DNA of 64,000 nt from the NCBI GenBank assembly GCA_964585855.1, contig CAZPFK010000005.1:1807-65806 (forward strand). Direction: 5' to 3'. Of this stretch, positions 1 through 7,732 are shown piece by piece (position 1 is the stretch's first letter; each line of letters starts with the position of its first letter). Position numbers and translations under genes: made by a program. The DNA is from an uncultured Vicinamibacteraceae bacterium. GTDB lineage: Bacteria > Planctomycetota > Phycisphaerae > Phycisphaerales > UBA5793. The notes under the pieces were generated by a model, which saw nothing but the letters and a program-made list of their open reading frames with translations, was not told where the DNA came from and did no database searches.

Positions 1-338
1 GGTGCGGAAGGATACGGGGCCGGCACTCGCTCGGGGACGATCAAGGGTCCGTGCCTCGAAACTGCCCGGCTTGGGCGACGGATGCCTGGAGAGGGATTGC
101 CGGATCGAGGGGTTTTGTGTATTGTCTTCGGGGTGAAATCCCCGCTCTGACGCGGGACGCACAGGGCCCCGATGCCCCGATTGTCGTTGAGAGAGAGTTT
201 CGTAATCATGCGGTCGTGCGGTGGCTGGAAGCGGCGGTCTCGCCGTGCGCTGCGGTTGCCGTCACGTCTGCGAGTCCGGGTCATCAAGTCTGTTCAGCGA
301 AAGGCAGTGCAGTGAAGGACGGAGAGAAGAGTGCGTCG

Positions 339-1736
339 ATGCGTGAGGTCGTCATGCGCGCCGCCCGCGTCAACGCCTATCGAAGCGCCCAGGCCAGCGA
401 ACTGGAGAACGCCGACAACCCCTTTCGTCGCCCGGTTCGGCCTGAAGACTTCGACGAAATGGTCCATTTCGAGAAGCCGCTGACCGCGCAGACGATGCTC
501 GACCTCGGCGGCCTGCTCTCCCACCGCCTGCTGTTGAACGTCTACGAGTCTGACTACACCTACCTCGCCGAATCCGGCTCTGCACCGGTCGTCGCCGACG
601 ACGGCCGCGCCTTCTACGGCGATGAGGCCCGCATTACCGGGGAAACCGCCCGGCCGCACCTGGAATCCTTTGTCTTCGGGTTCCTTGAGGACGAGATTCC
701 TGCCGGGGCCGGCGTCGGGAACGGGGCGGCTCTTCGGGTTGAAATCCTCAAGCGGGCAGAGGCGATGCGTGCCCGGCCCTGCCGGATGTGCGCCGCCGTC
801 GAGGGAGCCCACGATCGCGCCCGGGCAGCCCGGATGTTTGCGATTCAACTGGCCGGCGCCGGGGCCAGCCGTCCCGCCGCCCTCTGCCGAGGACTCTTCG
901 GAGAATTCGGCCCGGCTCAGCAGGCGATGATGAAGTGGGCGATGTCGGACCGGAGTCTCGGAATCGTCGAGGCCGCCGGCGGCGAAGGACGCCGCGCCCT
1001 GCTGCGATCCTGCGGCCTCAATGAGCACCTGCACGCCCACTGGCAGTTCTATCTCACCAGCGCCATGGCCGTGACGACCTTCCTGCACAGTCTCGGCCGC
1101 CACCACAACCGCTTGCCGGAATTCATCGGCGCGTGGCTCTGCGAGCGGGTCCACTTCGCCGCCTTCGCCCCGCGCTGGGCCGGGTCGATCGCCAACGCGA
1201 TCGGCACCGGCAGCGATGTTCGCTGGCTTACGCAGGCGGCCCGGGTCGATCTCGACTCCGGACCGGGAGGATTCGCCGACGTGGTTCAGCCGCTGCTCTC
1301 GCGGCTTGAGCCGGATGCCGCGGGTCGGGTGCTGGCCGGATGGGACCGGATGGCCCGCCTGTGGGACCTGGCCGAGGAGGACTTCCACGAGCAGATCAGG
1401 TTCGCCGATAACTTCGAGGAGTACCTGACGCTCGCCCGCCAACTCTCCGATCATCTGGAGAGCAACAGCATTGAGGTGGACCTCGAAACCTTCGTCGAAC
1501 CGCGCGAAATGTGTTCGACGACGCACGTGCACACGGAGGATCGCCTCATCGTCATCGAATCGGGCACGATGGAGTTCTGGAACGCTTATGGGAACTCGTT
1601 TGTCTTCAACGAGGGCGACCGATTCCTCGTCCCGCGCTTCCGTCTGCACGGTTCGACGATTCTCACAGAATCCTGCACCTATCACCAGCCGATCATCACT
1701 CCTGAGATCATGAACCAGGTCGTCGGAGCGACCTGA
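339..1736 (+). CDS. Two-domain protein with an N-terminal ~370-aa helical region of unknown function and a C-terminal cupin carrying a 3-His metal motif. Candidate tailoring metalloenzyme.
   Basis: Part of ORF 51..1736. The in-frame ATG at 339 is preceded by GGAGAG at 321-326, so I prefer it over 51. The C-terminus reads THVHTEDRLIVIESGTMEF...RFRLHG, giving HxH then 38 residues then H, a cupin-type triad. It lies 33 nt upstream of the next same-strand gene. Confidence 0.6.
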   Translation: MREVVMRAARVNAYRSAQASELENADNPFRRPVRPEDFDEMVHFEKPLTAQTMLDLGGLLSHRLLLNVYESDYTYLAESGSAPVVADDGRAFYGDEARITGETARPHLESFVFGFLEDEIPAGAGVGNGAALRVEILKRAEAMRARPCRMCAAVEGAHDRARAARMFAIQLAGAGASRPAALCRGLFGEFGPAQQAMMKWAMSDRSLGIVEAAGGEGRRALLRSCGLNEHLHAHWQFYLTSAMAVTTFLHSLGRHHNRLPEFIGAWLCERVHFAAFAPRWAGSIANAIGTGSDVRWLTQAARVDLDSGPGGFADVVQPLLSRLEPDAAGRVLAGWDRMARLWDLAEEDFHEQIRFADNFEEYLTLARQLSDHLESNSIEVDLETFVEPREMCSTTHVHTEDRLIVIESGTMEFWNAYGNSFVFNEGDRFLVPRFRLHGSTILTESCTYHQPIITPEIMNQVVGAT

Positions 1737-1769
1737 GACGGCCCCTCGAAGACGTGGAAGAGACCCGCG

Positions 1770-2537
1770 GTGCTGCAGGCAGAGATCAACATTACTGACT
1801 GGATTCAGTCCCGCCTGCTTCTCGGCAGCCGGCTCGGCACCATCACGCCCCCTCCCTGGCTCGTCGATTCCATCAGTCGTTATCGCCGCGATGTGCTTGA
1901 TCCGGCCTATCCCTGCTACCTGGGCTCCATCACCGAGGCCCGGGGCGACATGATGTACACATTCGTCGAAGATCGTCGGCTCGACGACCTCCCCGACGCC
2001 CTGCGGACCTTCCTGACAATCTCCGAAGACAATCGCGCCCGCCGGCACGCCTTGGCGGCCTTCTTCCAGCCCGAACCCGTGGAACGAACCCACGAGGAGT
2101 ACGGCTCGCTCTTCTGGGAAACGCTCCAGTACCTGCACGAACATGACTCCTCCGACTGGCCCGGCTCCGTCGCGCCCGACCCGGAGGACCCGACCTGGGA
2201 GTTCTCCTACCACGGTGTTGCAATGTTTGTCTTCGCCGCCTCTCCCAGTTACAGGAACCGCCGAAGCCGCAACCTCGGGCCGAGTCTGGTCCTGCTCTTC
2301 CAGCCGCGCAGCGTCTTCGACGGCATGGAGGGGGGAACGCCCAACGGCCGGCGCATTCGTGACCGCATCCGCAACGCCCTGCGCCTCTGGAACGGCATGG
2401 AGCCGCACCCTGCCCTGGGCGCCTACGGCGACCCTGCCAACCGCGAGTGGCAGCAGTATTTCCTGCCCGACACCAACGAACCCGTCACCGGCGGCTGCCC
2501 CTTCCGTTTCCTCTTCAATCGCCGTTCACCTGGTTGA
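1770..2537 (+). CDS. YqcI/YcgG family protein. This family contains the heme-dependent N-hydroxylases DcsA and GntA.
   Basis: GTG start at 1770 with GGAAGAG upstream. Family-typical strings are present: PAYPCYLGS, WEFSYHGVAMFVFAASPSYRNRRSR, LVLLFQPRSVF and a C-terminal GGCPFRF. Its stop TGA at 2535-2537 abuts the NRPS start. Confidence 0.8.
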   Translation: MLQAEINITDWIQSRLLLGSRLGTITPPPWLVDSISRYRRDVLDPAYPCYLGSITEARGDMMYTFVEDRRLDDLPDALRTFLTISEDNRARRHALAAFFQPEPVERTHEEYGSLFWETLQYLHEHDSSDWPGSVAPDPEDPTWEFSYHGVAMFVFAASPSYRNRRSRNLGPSLVLLFQPRSVFDGMEGGTPNGRRIRDRIRNALRLWNGMEPHPALGAYGDPANREWQQYFLPDTNEPVTGGCPFRFLFNRRSPG

Positions 2538-5500
2538 TTGCATCTCCTGAATGTTGACCACGCAGAGATGAACGATCACCCCTCTACTACATCGGCGCGC
2601 AGCAAGGACGTCTGGGCACTGGCCGGCCGGGGCGCCTTCCTTGTCGAGTGCGGCCGCATCCTGCTGCAGCGGGAGCATCCGATCGCCGCCGTCATCTCCG
2701 AGGATGTGCGTCTGCACGAATTCGCCGACGCCTCCGGCCTGCCGCGATACGCCACGATGCAGGAGTGGATCGACACCGGCGGCACTGTTGACTTTCTCGC
2801 GGCCGTGATGGTCGAGGATGATCTCTCCGCCGCGCTGCCGCGCATTAATCACGCAGCGCTTCGATTCCAGGACGGCCCGGCCTGCGGCGGGCACATCGGC
2901 TGGCACGCTCCGGCCTGGGCGATCCTCACGCAGGTGCCGCAGCACGGCATCTGCTGGCTGAAGCAGGGCCCGACGGGCTTTGCGGGTGCGGTTGCCGAGA
3001 AGCGTTTCGATCTCGAAGCCGGTCTCGACGCCCGCGCCCTGGCGACGCGCTGCTTCGATGAGGGACTGGTTCTCTTCGCCTCGCTGCTGGATCGACTCGC
3101 CGCCGACGCGGCCGCCGCCGATGCCGTGACTCCCTACGACTCGCGTTTCCACGAGACCGATGAACCGCCCCCCGATGCCGGGCTGATCGATCTCCATCGG
3201 CCAGCCTCCTCCTGCCAGGCCGTCGTCTCCGCATTGGGCATTGACGGTGCGGAGAACACCTTTGCGTCGGCGCGGATCGCTCTCGGAACCGCCGGCTCCA
3301 AAGCGATGGTCTTCCTCCTTCCGATGCGGGCCGAAATTGAGACTGATTCATCCGACCACCCTCCCGGCACGATTCTCGGAGCCGACCATAACACGCTCAC
3401 TCTGGCTGTGGCCGACAGCGCCGTCCGCTTCTCCGCGTTGCGCCACGAGGACGGTCGACGCGCCGACGTGCCGGCCCTGCTCTCCGCGCTGGGGATTCAA
3501 GTGGGCGATGTCCTGCCCCGACTCGGTCGCGAGGAGATCAATCGGCTCCTTGATGAGTCCCGACGCGCTGCGCCCGTTGAACGGCTCTGGCGGCAGCGGC
3601 TGGAGGAGTCGCAGCCGCTGGAGTGCCCGATGCCGCTGCGCTCGGCCGTCGTCGCCGGTGTGCAGCGCCAAACGCTCTCGGTGTCGCTCGCCCCGGTGCG
3701 GGACCTCATCACCGGTCACCCCTGCGGCCAGGCCGCGCTCATTGCCGCCTTCTTCGCCCGCATCGGCGACCGGCGTGAGTTCGACCTCGGGTTTTGCCGC
3801 GAGTGTCCGAAGGTTTCCTTGCTGGCTTCGGTGACTCCGCTTCGGCTCCTCATCGACCCCGAGACATCGCTGCACGAACTGCTGCCGGCATTGGCCGAAT
3901 CCATCGACACGCAGCGTCACACTCCGCCCTTCCGAAGGGACCTCATCGCCCGGACGCCGGGCCTCTCGCAGCGCCTCGGGCGCGGCGAGGACCCCACCAT
4001 CTTTCCGATCACACTCTCACTCGAGGGCCCGGTCGATCGCCCCCTGCCGCAAGGGGCCGTCTGCGAGTGGATTCTCGACAACTCCGAGACGCTCACCCTC
4101 GCCTTCGACGCTTCCCGACTCAGCCCCGCCGACGCCCAGGCGTTGCTTGCCTCCTTCCGGCTCTACTCGGCCGAGGCAGCGGCCGACCCCTCCGCTCCGC
4201 TCTGGTCGATTCCTTTGCTCGACGCGCAAGAGCGTCGGCGGATTCTCATCGACTTCAACGACAACGCCAAGCCCTATCCCTTCGACCGCTGTCTGCACCA
4301 GCACGTTGAGGATGTCGCCGTACGCCTCCCCGACCACATCGCCGTTGAGTTTGAGGGAATGACGCTTACTTACGGCGAGCTGGATCGCCGCGCCAATCGC
4401 CTCGCGCATCTCCTGCGTGAGCACGGCGTGAAGCCCGATGACGTCGTCGGCATCTGCATGGAGCGCTGCCTCGAGATGCCGCTGGCGGTCCTCGCCGTCT
4501 GGAAGGCCGGCGCTGCCTACGTGCCCCTCGACCCCGCCTATCCCCGCGCCCGCCTGGCGGACCTGCTGACCGACACGCAGACCCGCATCGTGCTCTGTGA
4601 CGACCGCTTTCTCAATCTCTTCGACGCTGCCTTCACGCTGATTCCCCTCTCGCACTTCGACTCGCACACTCGCACCCTCCCCGAGACTCCGCCGCAGACC
4701 GGCGTGACCGCCGACAACCTCTCCTACGTCATCAACACCTCGGGCTCCACCGGCCGCCCCAAGGCCGTCGCCACCGACCACCGCGCCATCGCCAACAACC
4801 TCCTGTGGATGCAGGATCAGTGGCCGCTGACCCCAGAGGACCGCCTGCTCCAGAAGACCAGCTTCTCCTTTGACGTCAGCGTCAAGGAACTCATCTGGCC
4901 CCTCATCGCCGGCAGCCGACTCGTGCTGGCCCGGCCCGGCGGCGAGATGGACCCGGAGTACCTCTGCGCCCTGATGCGCGATGCCGGCATCACGATCACC
5001 CACTTCGTGCCGACCATGCTCGATCGTGTTCTCAGAGAGCCCGCAGCCCGGCAATGCAACTCGTTGCGCCTGCTGATGTGCGGCGCGGAAACGCTCCCGA
5101 TCGCCCTCAAGCGGCGATTCTTTGACATCTTCAACGCCGACCTGCTGCACCTCTACGGCCCGACCGAAGCCGCAATCGCCGTCACCGCCTGGCTCTGCCG
5201 GGCCGATGACCGCGATGAACAGCAGGAGCGCGTGCCGCTGGGCTTCTCCATGCCCAACGTGCGAATCCACCTTCTCGACTCGCATCTGCAGCCCGTTCCC
5301 GTCGGCGTCCCGGGCGAACTCTTCATCGGCGGTGTCGCGCTGGCGCGGGGATACCTCAACCGCCCCGACGAAACCGCCCGCCGCTTCATCCCCGACCCCT
5401 TCTCCGGCAATCCCGCCGACCGGCTCTATGCCACCGGCGACCTCGCCCGCTATCTCCCCGACGGCAACATCGAGTTTCTCGGCCGCAAGGACCACCAGGT

Positions 5501-6869
5501 GAAGGTGCGCGGGTTCCGTATCGAACTCGGAGAAATCGAGTCGCGCCTGGTCAGTCATCCGGCGATCCGGCAGGCGGCCGTCCGCGTCTGGGAGACGCCC
5601 GGAGCCGAGAAGCGCCTCGCGGCCTACTACGTCACGGAGTCAGCGGCGCAGCCCCCGACGGATGCCGACCTGCGCGCTTTCCTGCGCGAGACGCTGCCGC
5701 ACTTCATGATCCCCTCGCACTTCCATCGCCTTGAGCGCATGCCCCTGACCACCAGCGGAAAGATCGATCGCAACGCCCTCCCCGCCGTCGGCTCCCGGCG
5801 TCCCGAAACAGGCCGGCCGCTGGTTCTTCCCCGCAACGCCGCCGAGCGCGCGCTGGCCGAGATCTTCGCCGAGGTCCTCGGCTACGACCGTGTCGGCGTG
5901 CAGGATGCCTTCCTCGATCTGGGAGGCAGCTCACTTTCGGCCGTTCGCCTCTTCGGCCTCATTCGTGAACGCCTCGGCACGCACCTGCCCCTCTCCACCC
6001 TCTTTGCCGCCCCGACCGTCGAAACGCTGGCGAAGACGATCGAACAGGAGGCTGCCGGCGGCCTCGCCGGTCGCTGGAAGAGTCTCGTGCCACTCAAGCC
6101 CAGCGGATCGCGCCGACCGCTCTACTTCATCCACCCTGCCGGCGGCAACGTACTCTTCTATCACGAACTGGCCAAACACCTCCCCGACGACATGCCCCTC
6201 TACGGCATTCAGTCGCGCGGCCTCGACGGCGAGGAAGAGCCCCTCACCACCGTTGAAGCCATGGCCGAGGCCTATCTCGAGGAAATCCGCTCTCTCCAGC
6301 CCGAAGGGCCGTACTTCGTCTGCGGCGCTTCCTTCGGCGGGCTGATTGCCTATGAGATCGCCCAACGGTTGACGGCCATGGGCGAGACGCTCGGACTGCT
6401 CTGCATGGTGGACACCTACGGCCCCGACTTCCGTGAACCGACCAAGTGGCTGCGCGTGGGCTACAAGGTCGCCGACCAGATGCGTCCTCTGCTCACGCTT
6501 CCGCTCAAGGAAAAACTCGAGTTCGTCCGCAAGCGCGCCCGACGGATTAAGGGCAAGATCGCCTCGAAAGTCGGGCAGGGTGAAGAGATTCCCTATCACC
6601 TCCGCGCCATCTTCATCGCCAACGCGGCCGCCGACGACCAGTACGTCGCAAAGCCCTACCCCGGCACGCTCCACCTCTTCAAGGGCACCATCCAGCCCAG
6701 CGGCGGACCGAAGGAGCCCGGCTTCGGCTGGGAGAAGTACGTCGCCGAAGTCGTGCCCATAGAAATCCCCGGCGACCACCTCACTATGGGGCAGGAAGAG
6801 GGGTCGATCGTCATGGCCGGCCACCTTCAGCGCATCCTCTACGACGTTGAGTCCCGCGTGCTGGTCTGA
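2538..6869 (+). CDS. Single-module nonribosomal peptide synthetase with domain order formyltransferase-like, C-terminal half of a condensation domain, adenylation, thiolation, thioesterase.
   Basis: 1443-aa ORF. A-domain core motifs: LSYVINTSGSTGRPKAV, FSFDVSVKE, LYGPTEAAI, GELFIGGVALARGYLNRPDETARRF, YATGDLARYLPDGNIEFLGRKDHQVKVRGFRIELGEIE, SGKIDRNAL. PCP motif FLDLGGSSLSAVRL. TE motifs GASFGG and GDHLTM. The start is TTG at 2538 or ATG at 2568. Confidence 0.95.
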   Translation: MHLLNVDHAEMNDHPSTTSARSKDVWALAGRGAFLVECGRILLQREHPIAAVISEDVRLHEFADASGLPRYATMQEWIDTGGTVDFLAAVMVEDDLSAALPRINHAALRFQDGPACGGHIGWHAPAWAILTQVPQHGICWLKQGPTGFAGAVAEKRFDLEAGLDARALATRCFDEGLVLFASLLDRLAADAAAADAVTPYDSRFHETDEPPPDAGLIDLHRPASSCQAVVSALGIDGAENTFASARIALGTAGSKAMVFLLPMRAEIETDSSDHPPGTILGADHNTLTLAVADSAVRFSALRHEDGRRADVPALLSALGIQVGDVLPRLGREEINRLLDESRRAAPVERLWRQRLEESQPLECPMPLRSAVVAGVQRQTLSVSLAPVRDLITGHPCGQAALIAAFFARIGDRREFDLGFCRECPKVSLLASVTPLRLLIDPETSLHELLPALAESIDTQRHTPPFRRDLIARTPGLSQRLGRGEDPTIFPITLSLEGPVDRPLPQGAVCEWILDNSETLTLAFDASRLSPADAQALLASFRLYSAEAAADPSAPLWSIPLLDAQERRRILIDFNDNAKPYPFDRCLHQHVEDVAVRLPDHIAVEFEGMTLTYGELDRRANRLAHLLREHGVKPDDVVGICMERCLEMPLAVLAVWKAGAAYVPLDPAYPRARLADLLTDTQTRIVLCDDRFLNLFDAAFTLIPLSHFDSHTRTLPETPPQTGVTADNLSYVINTSGSTGRPKAVATDHRAIANNLLWMQDQWPLTPEDRLLQKTSFSFDVSVKELIWPLIAGSRLVLARPGGEMDPEYLCALMRDAGITITHFVPTMLDRVLREPAARQCNSLRLLMCGAETLPIALKRRFFDIFNADLLHLYGPTEAAIAVTAWLCRADDRDEQQERVPLGFSMPNVRIHLLDSHLQPVPVGVPGELFIGGVALARGYLNRPDETARRFIPDPFSGNPADRLYATGDLARYLPDGNIEFLGRKDHQVKVRGFRIELGEIESRLVSHPAIRQAAVRVWETPGAEKRLAAYYVTESAAQPPTDADLRAFLRETLPHFMIPSHFHRLERMPLTTSGKIDRNALPAVGSRRPETGRPLVLPRNAAERALAEIFAEVLGYDRVGVQDAFLDLGGSSLSAVRLFGLIRERLGTHLPLSTLFAAPTVETLAKTIEQEAAGGLAGRWKSLVPLKPSGSRRPLYFIHPAGGNVLFYHELAKHLPDDMPLYGIQSRGLDGEEEPLTTVEAMAEAYLEEIRSLQPEGPYFVCGASFGGLIAYEIAQRLTAMGETLGLLCMVDTYGPDFREPTKWLRVGYKVADQMRPLLTLPLKEKLEFVRKRARRIKGKIASKVGQGEEIPYHLRAIFIANAAADDQYVAKPYPGTLHLFKGTIQPSGGPKEPGFGWEKYVAEVVPIEIPGDHLTMGQEEGSIVMAGHLQRILYDVESRVLV
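2607..3107 (+). other. NRPS N-terminal formyltransferase-like domain (Formyl_trans_N-like) with a non-canonical catalytic motif.
   Basis: aa ~24-190. RINHAALRFQDGPACGGHIGWHAPAWAIL and HGICWLKQGPTGFAGAV...LDARALATRCFDEGLVLFASLL follow the Fmt/ArnA/LgrA-F pattern (xNxHxSLLPxxRG....WAI, then G.T.H.M..G.D.G.I...L). The N-x-H spacing is not preserved; this protein has I-N-H. Confidence 0.5.
3570..4262 (+). other. Partial condensation-like region (C-terminal subdomain only); no HHxxxDG motif found.
   Basis: aa ~345-575 begin LWRQRLEESQPLECPMPLR and end LLDAQERRRILIDFNDN. That resembles the post-C4 half of C domains that runs into the A domain. I found no HHxxxDG string anywhere in aa 190-580. Confidence 0.5.
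4290..5792 (+). other. NRPS adenylation domain.
   Basis: Core motifs A3-A10 as listed for the CDS, aa ~585-1085. Confidence 0.95.
5835..6047 (+). other. NRPS thiolation (PCP) domain.
   Basis: AFLDLGGSSLSAVRLFGLI, aa ~1100-1170, with the carrier serine in GGSS. Confidence 0.9.
6105..6827 (+). other. NRPS C-terminal type I thioesterase domain.
   Basis: PLYFIHPAGGNVLFY, the GxSxG nucleophile elbow in VCGASFGGLIAYE, and a distal GDHLTM histidine; aa ~1190-1430. Confidence 0.85.
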
Positions 6870-6931
6870 ACTGCGGGTTCGGCACATCGGGCGCGTAGTA
6901 TTGCCGGTTCAACCGTTCCGGACGGCTTCCC

Positions 6932-7732
6932 ATGACCGCTCCGACTGCGCCCGCTGACAATGATCTCGACCTCGCCGTCGCCGTAACGGCCTGTAACAAC
7001 ATGCGCACCATCGAGCGCGTCCTCGAGAGCGCCCGGCCGCTCGCCCGCCGCATCGTCGTCGTTGACAGCGGCTCCACCGACGGCACGGTCGAGGCCTGCC
7101 GGAATCTCGGCGCGGAAGTCATCTACCAGCAGTGGCTGGGCCACACTGCCCAGAAGCAGTTCGCCATCGACCTCTGCCGAATGCACGCCTGGGTGCTCCT
7201 GCTGGATTCCGATGAAATCCTCGAACCCGACCTGCGGGCCTCCATCCGCACCGCCATCGAGACCGACGACGGCTCCATCGACGGCTGGCACATCAACCGC
7301 AAGACCTGGTTCCTCGGCGGCTGGCTCCACTACACCTACCAGCCCGAATGGCGCCTCCGACTCGTTCGCGGCGGACGCGCCGTCGTTCGCGGCCCCGATC
7401 CGCATGACCGTCTTGAAGTCGAGGGCCGGACCGGCCGTCTGCGCGGCGACATCCGCCACGAATCCTCGGCCGGTGTCGAGGATCTCGCACGCAAACAGAT
7501 CTTCCACGCCCGGGTGACCGCTGAAAGCGCCCGTCGCGGCGGGGGAGTCCTCGATCTGGTCGTCCGGCCGCCGGCCGCGCTCATCAAGCAACTCATCCTC
7601 CGCAGGGGATTCATGGACGGCAGGCGCGGTCTGATTCTCGCCGCGCTCAGCGCCAACTACACCATGCTCAAGCATGTCTTCATCGCCGCGCGGCGTCTGG
7701 AGGAACGGCGCGAGGCCGGGAGCCGCGCCTGA
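6932..7732 (+). CDS. Glycosyltransferase family 2.
   Basis: LAVAVTACNNMRTIERVLES...IVVVDSGSTDGT...LLLDSDEILEP is a GT2 Rossmann-like N-terminus with a DxD-type motif. The stop overlaps the next start (TGATG at 7730-7734). Confidence 0.85.
   Translation: MTAPTAPADNDLDLAVAVTACNNMRTIERVLESARPLARRIVVVDSGSTDGTVEACRNLGAEVIYQQWLGHTAQKQFAIDLCRMHAWVLLLDSDEILEPDLRASIRTAIETDDGSIDGWHINRKTWFLGGWLHYTYQPEWRLRLVRGGRAVVRGPDPHDRLEVEGRTGRLRGDIRHESSAGVEDLARKQIFHARVTAESARRGGGVLDLVVRPPAALIKQLILRRGFMDGRRGLILAALSANYTMLKHVFIAARRLEERREAGSRA

Noticed and set aside
51-338. An N-terminal extension of the first ORF, starting at the ATG at 51.
   Set aside because: The first 96 codons look non-protein-like (Cys/Arg/Ala-rich). 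A GGAGAG RBS precedes the ATG at 339. The upstream start is kept only as an alternative.
294-2408. A 704-aa ORF on the minus strand, antisense to the cupin and YqcI/YcgG genes.
   Set aside because: It is a typical high-GC shadow ORF. The product is Arg/Gly/Pro/Ala-rich and low in complexity with no motifs. It fully overlaps two + strand ORFs that carry recognisable family signatures.
4017-5558. A 513-aa minus-strand ORF inside the NRPS gene.
   Set aside because: It is antisense to an A domain that has every core motif intact. Its composition is shadow-ORF-like.
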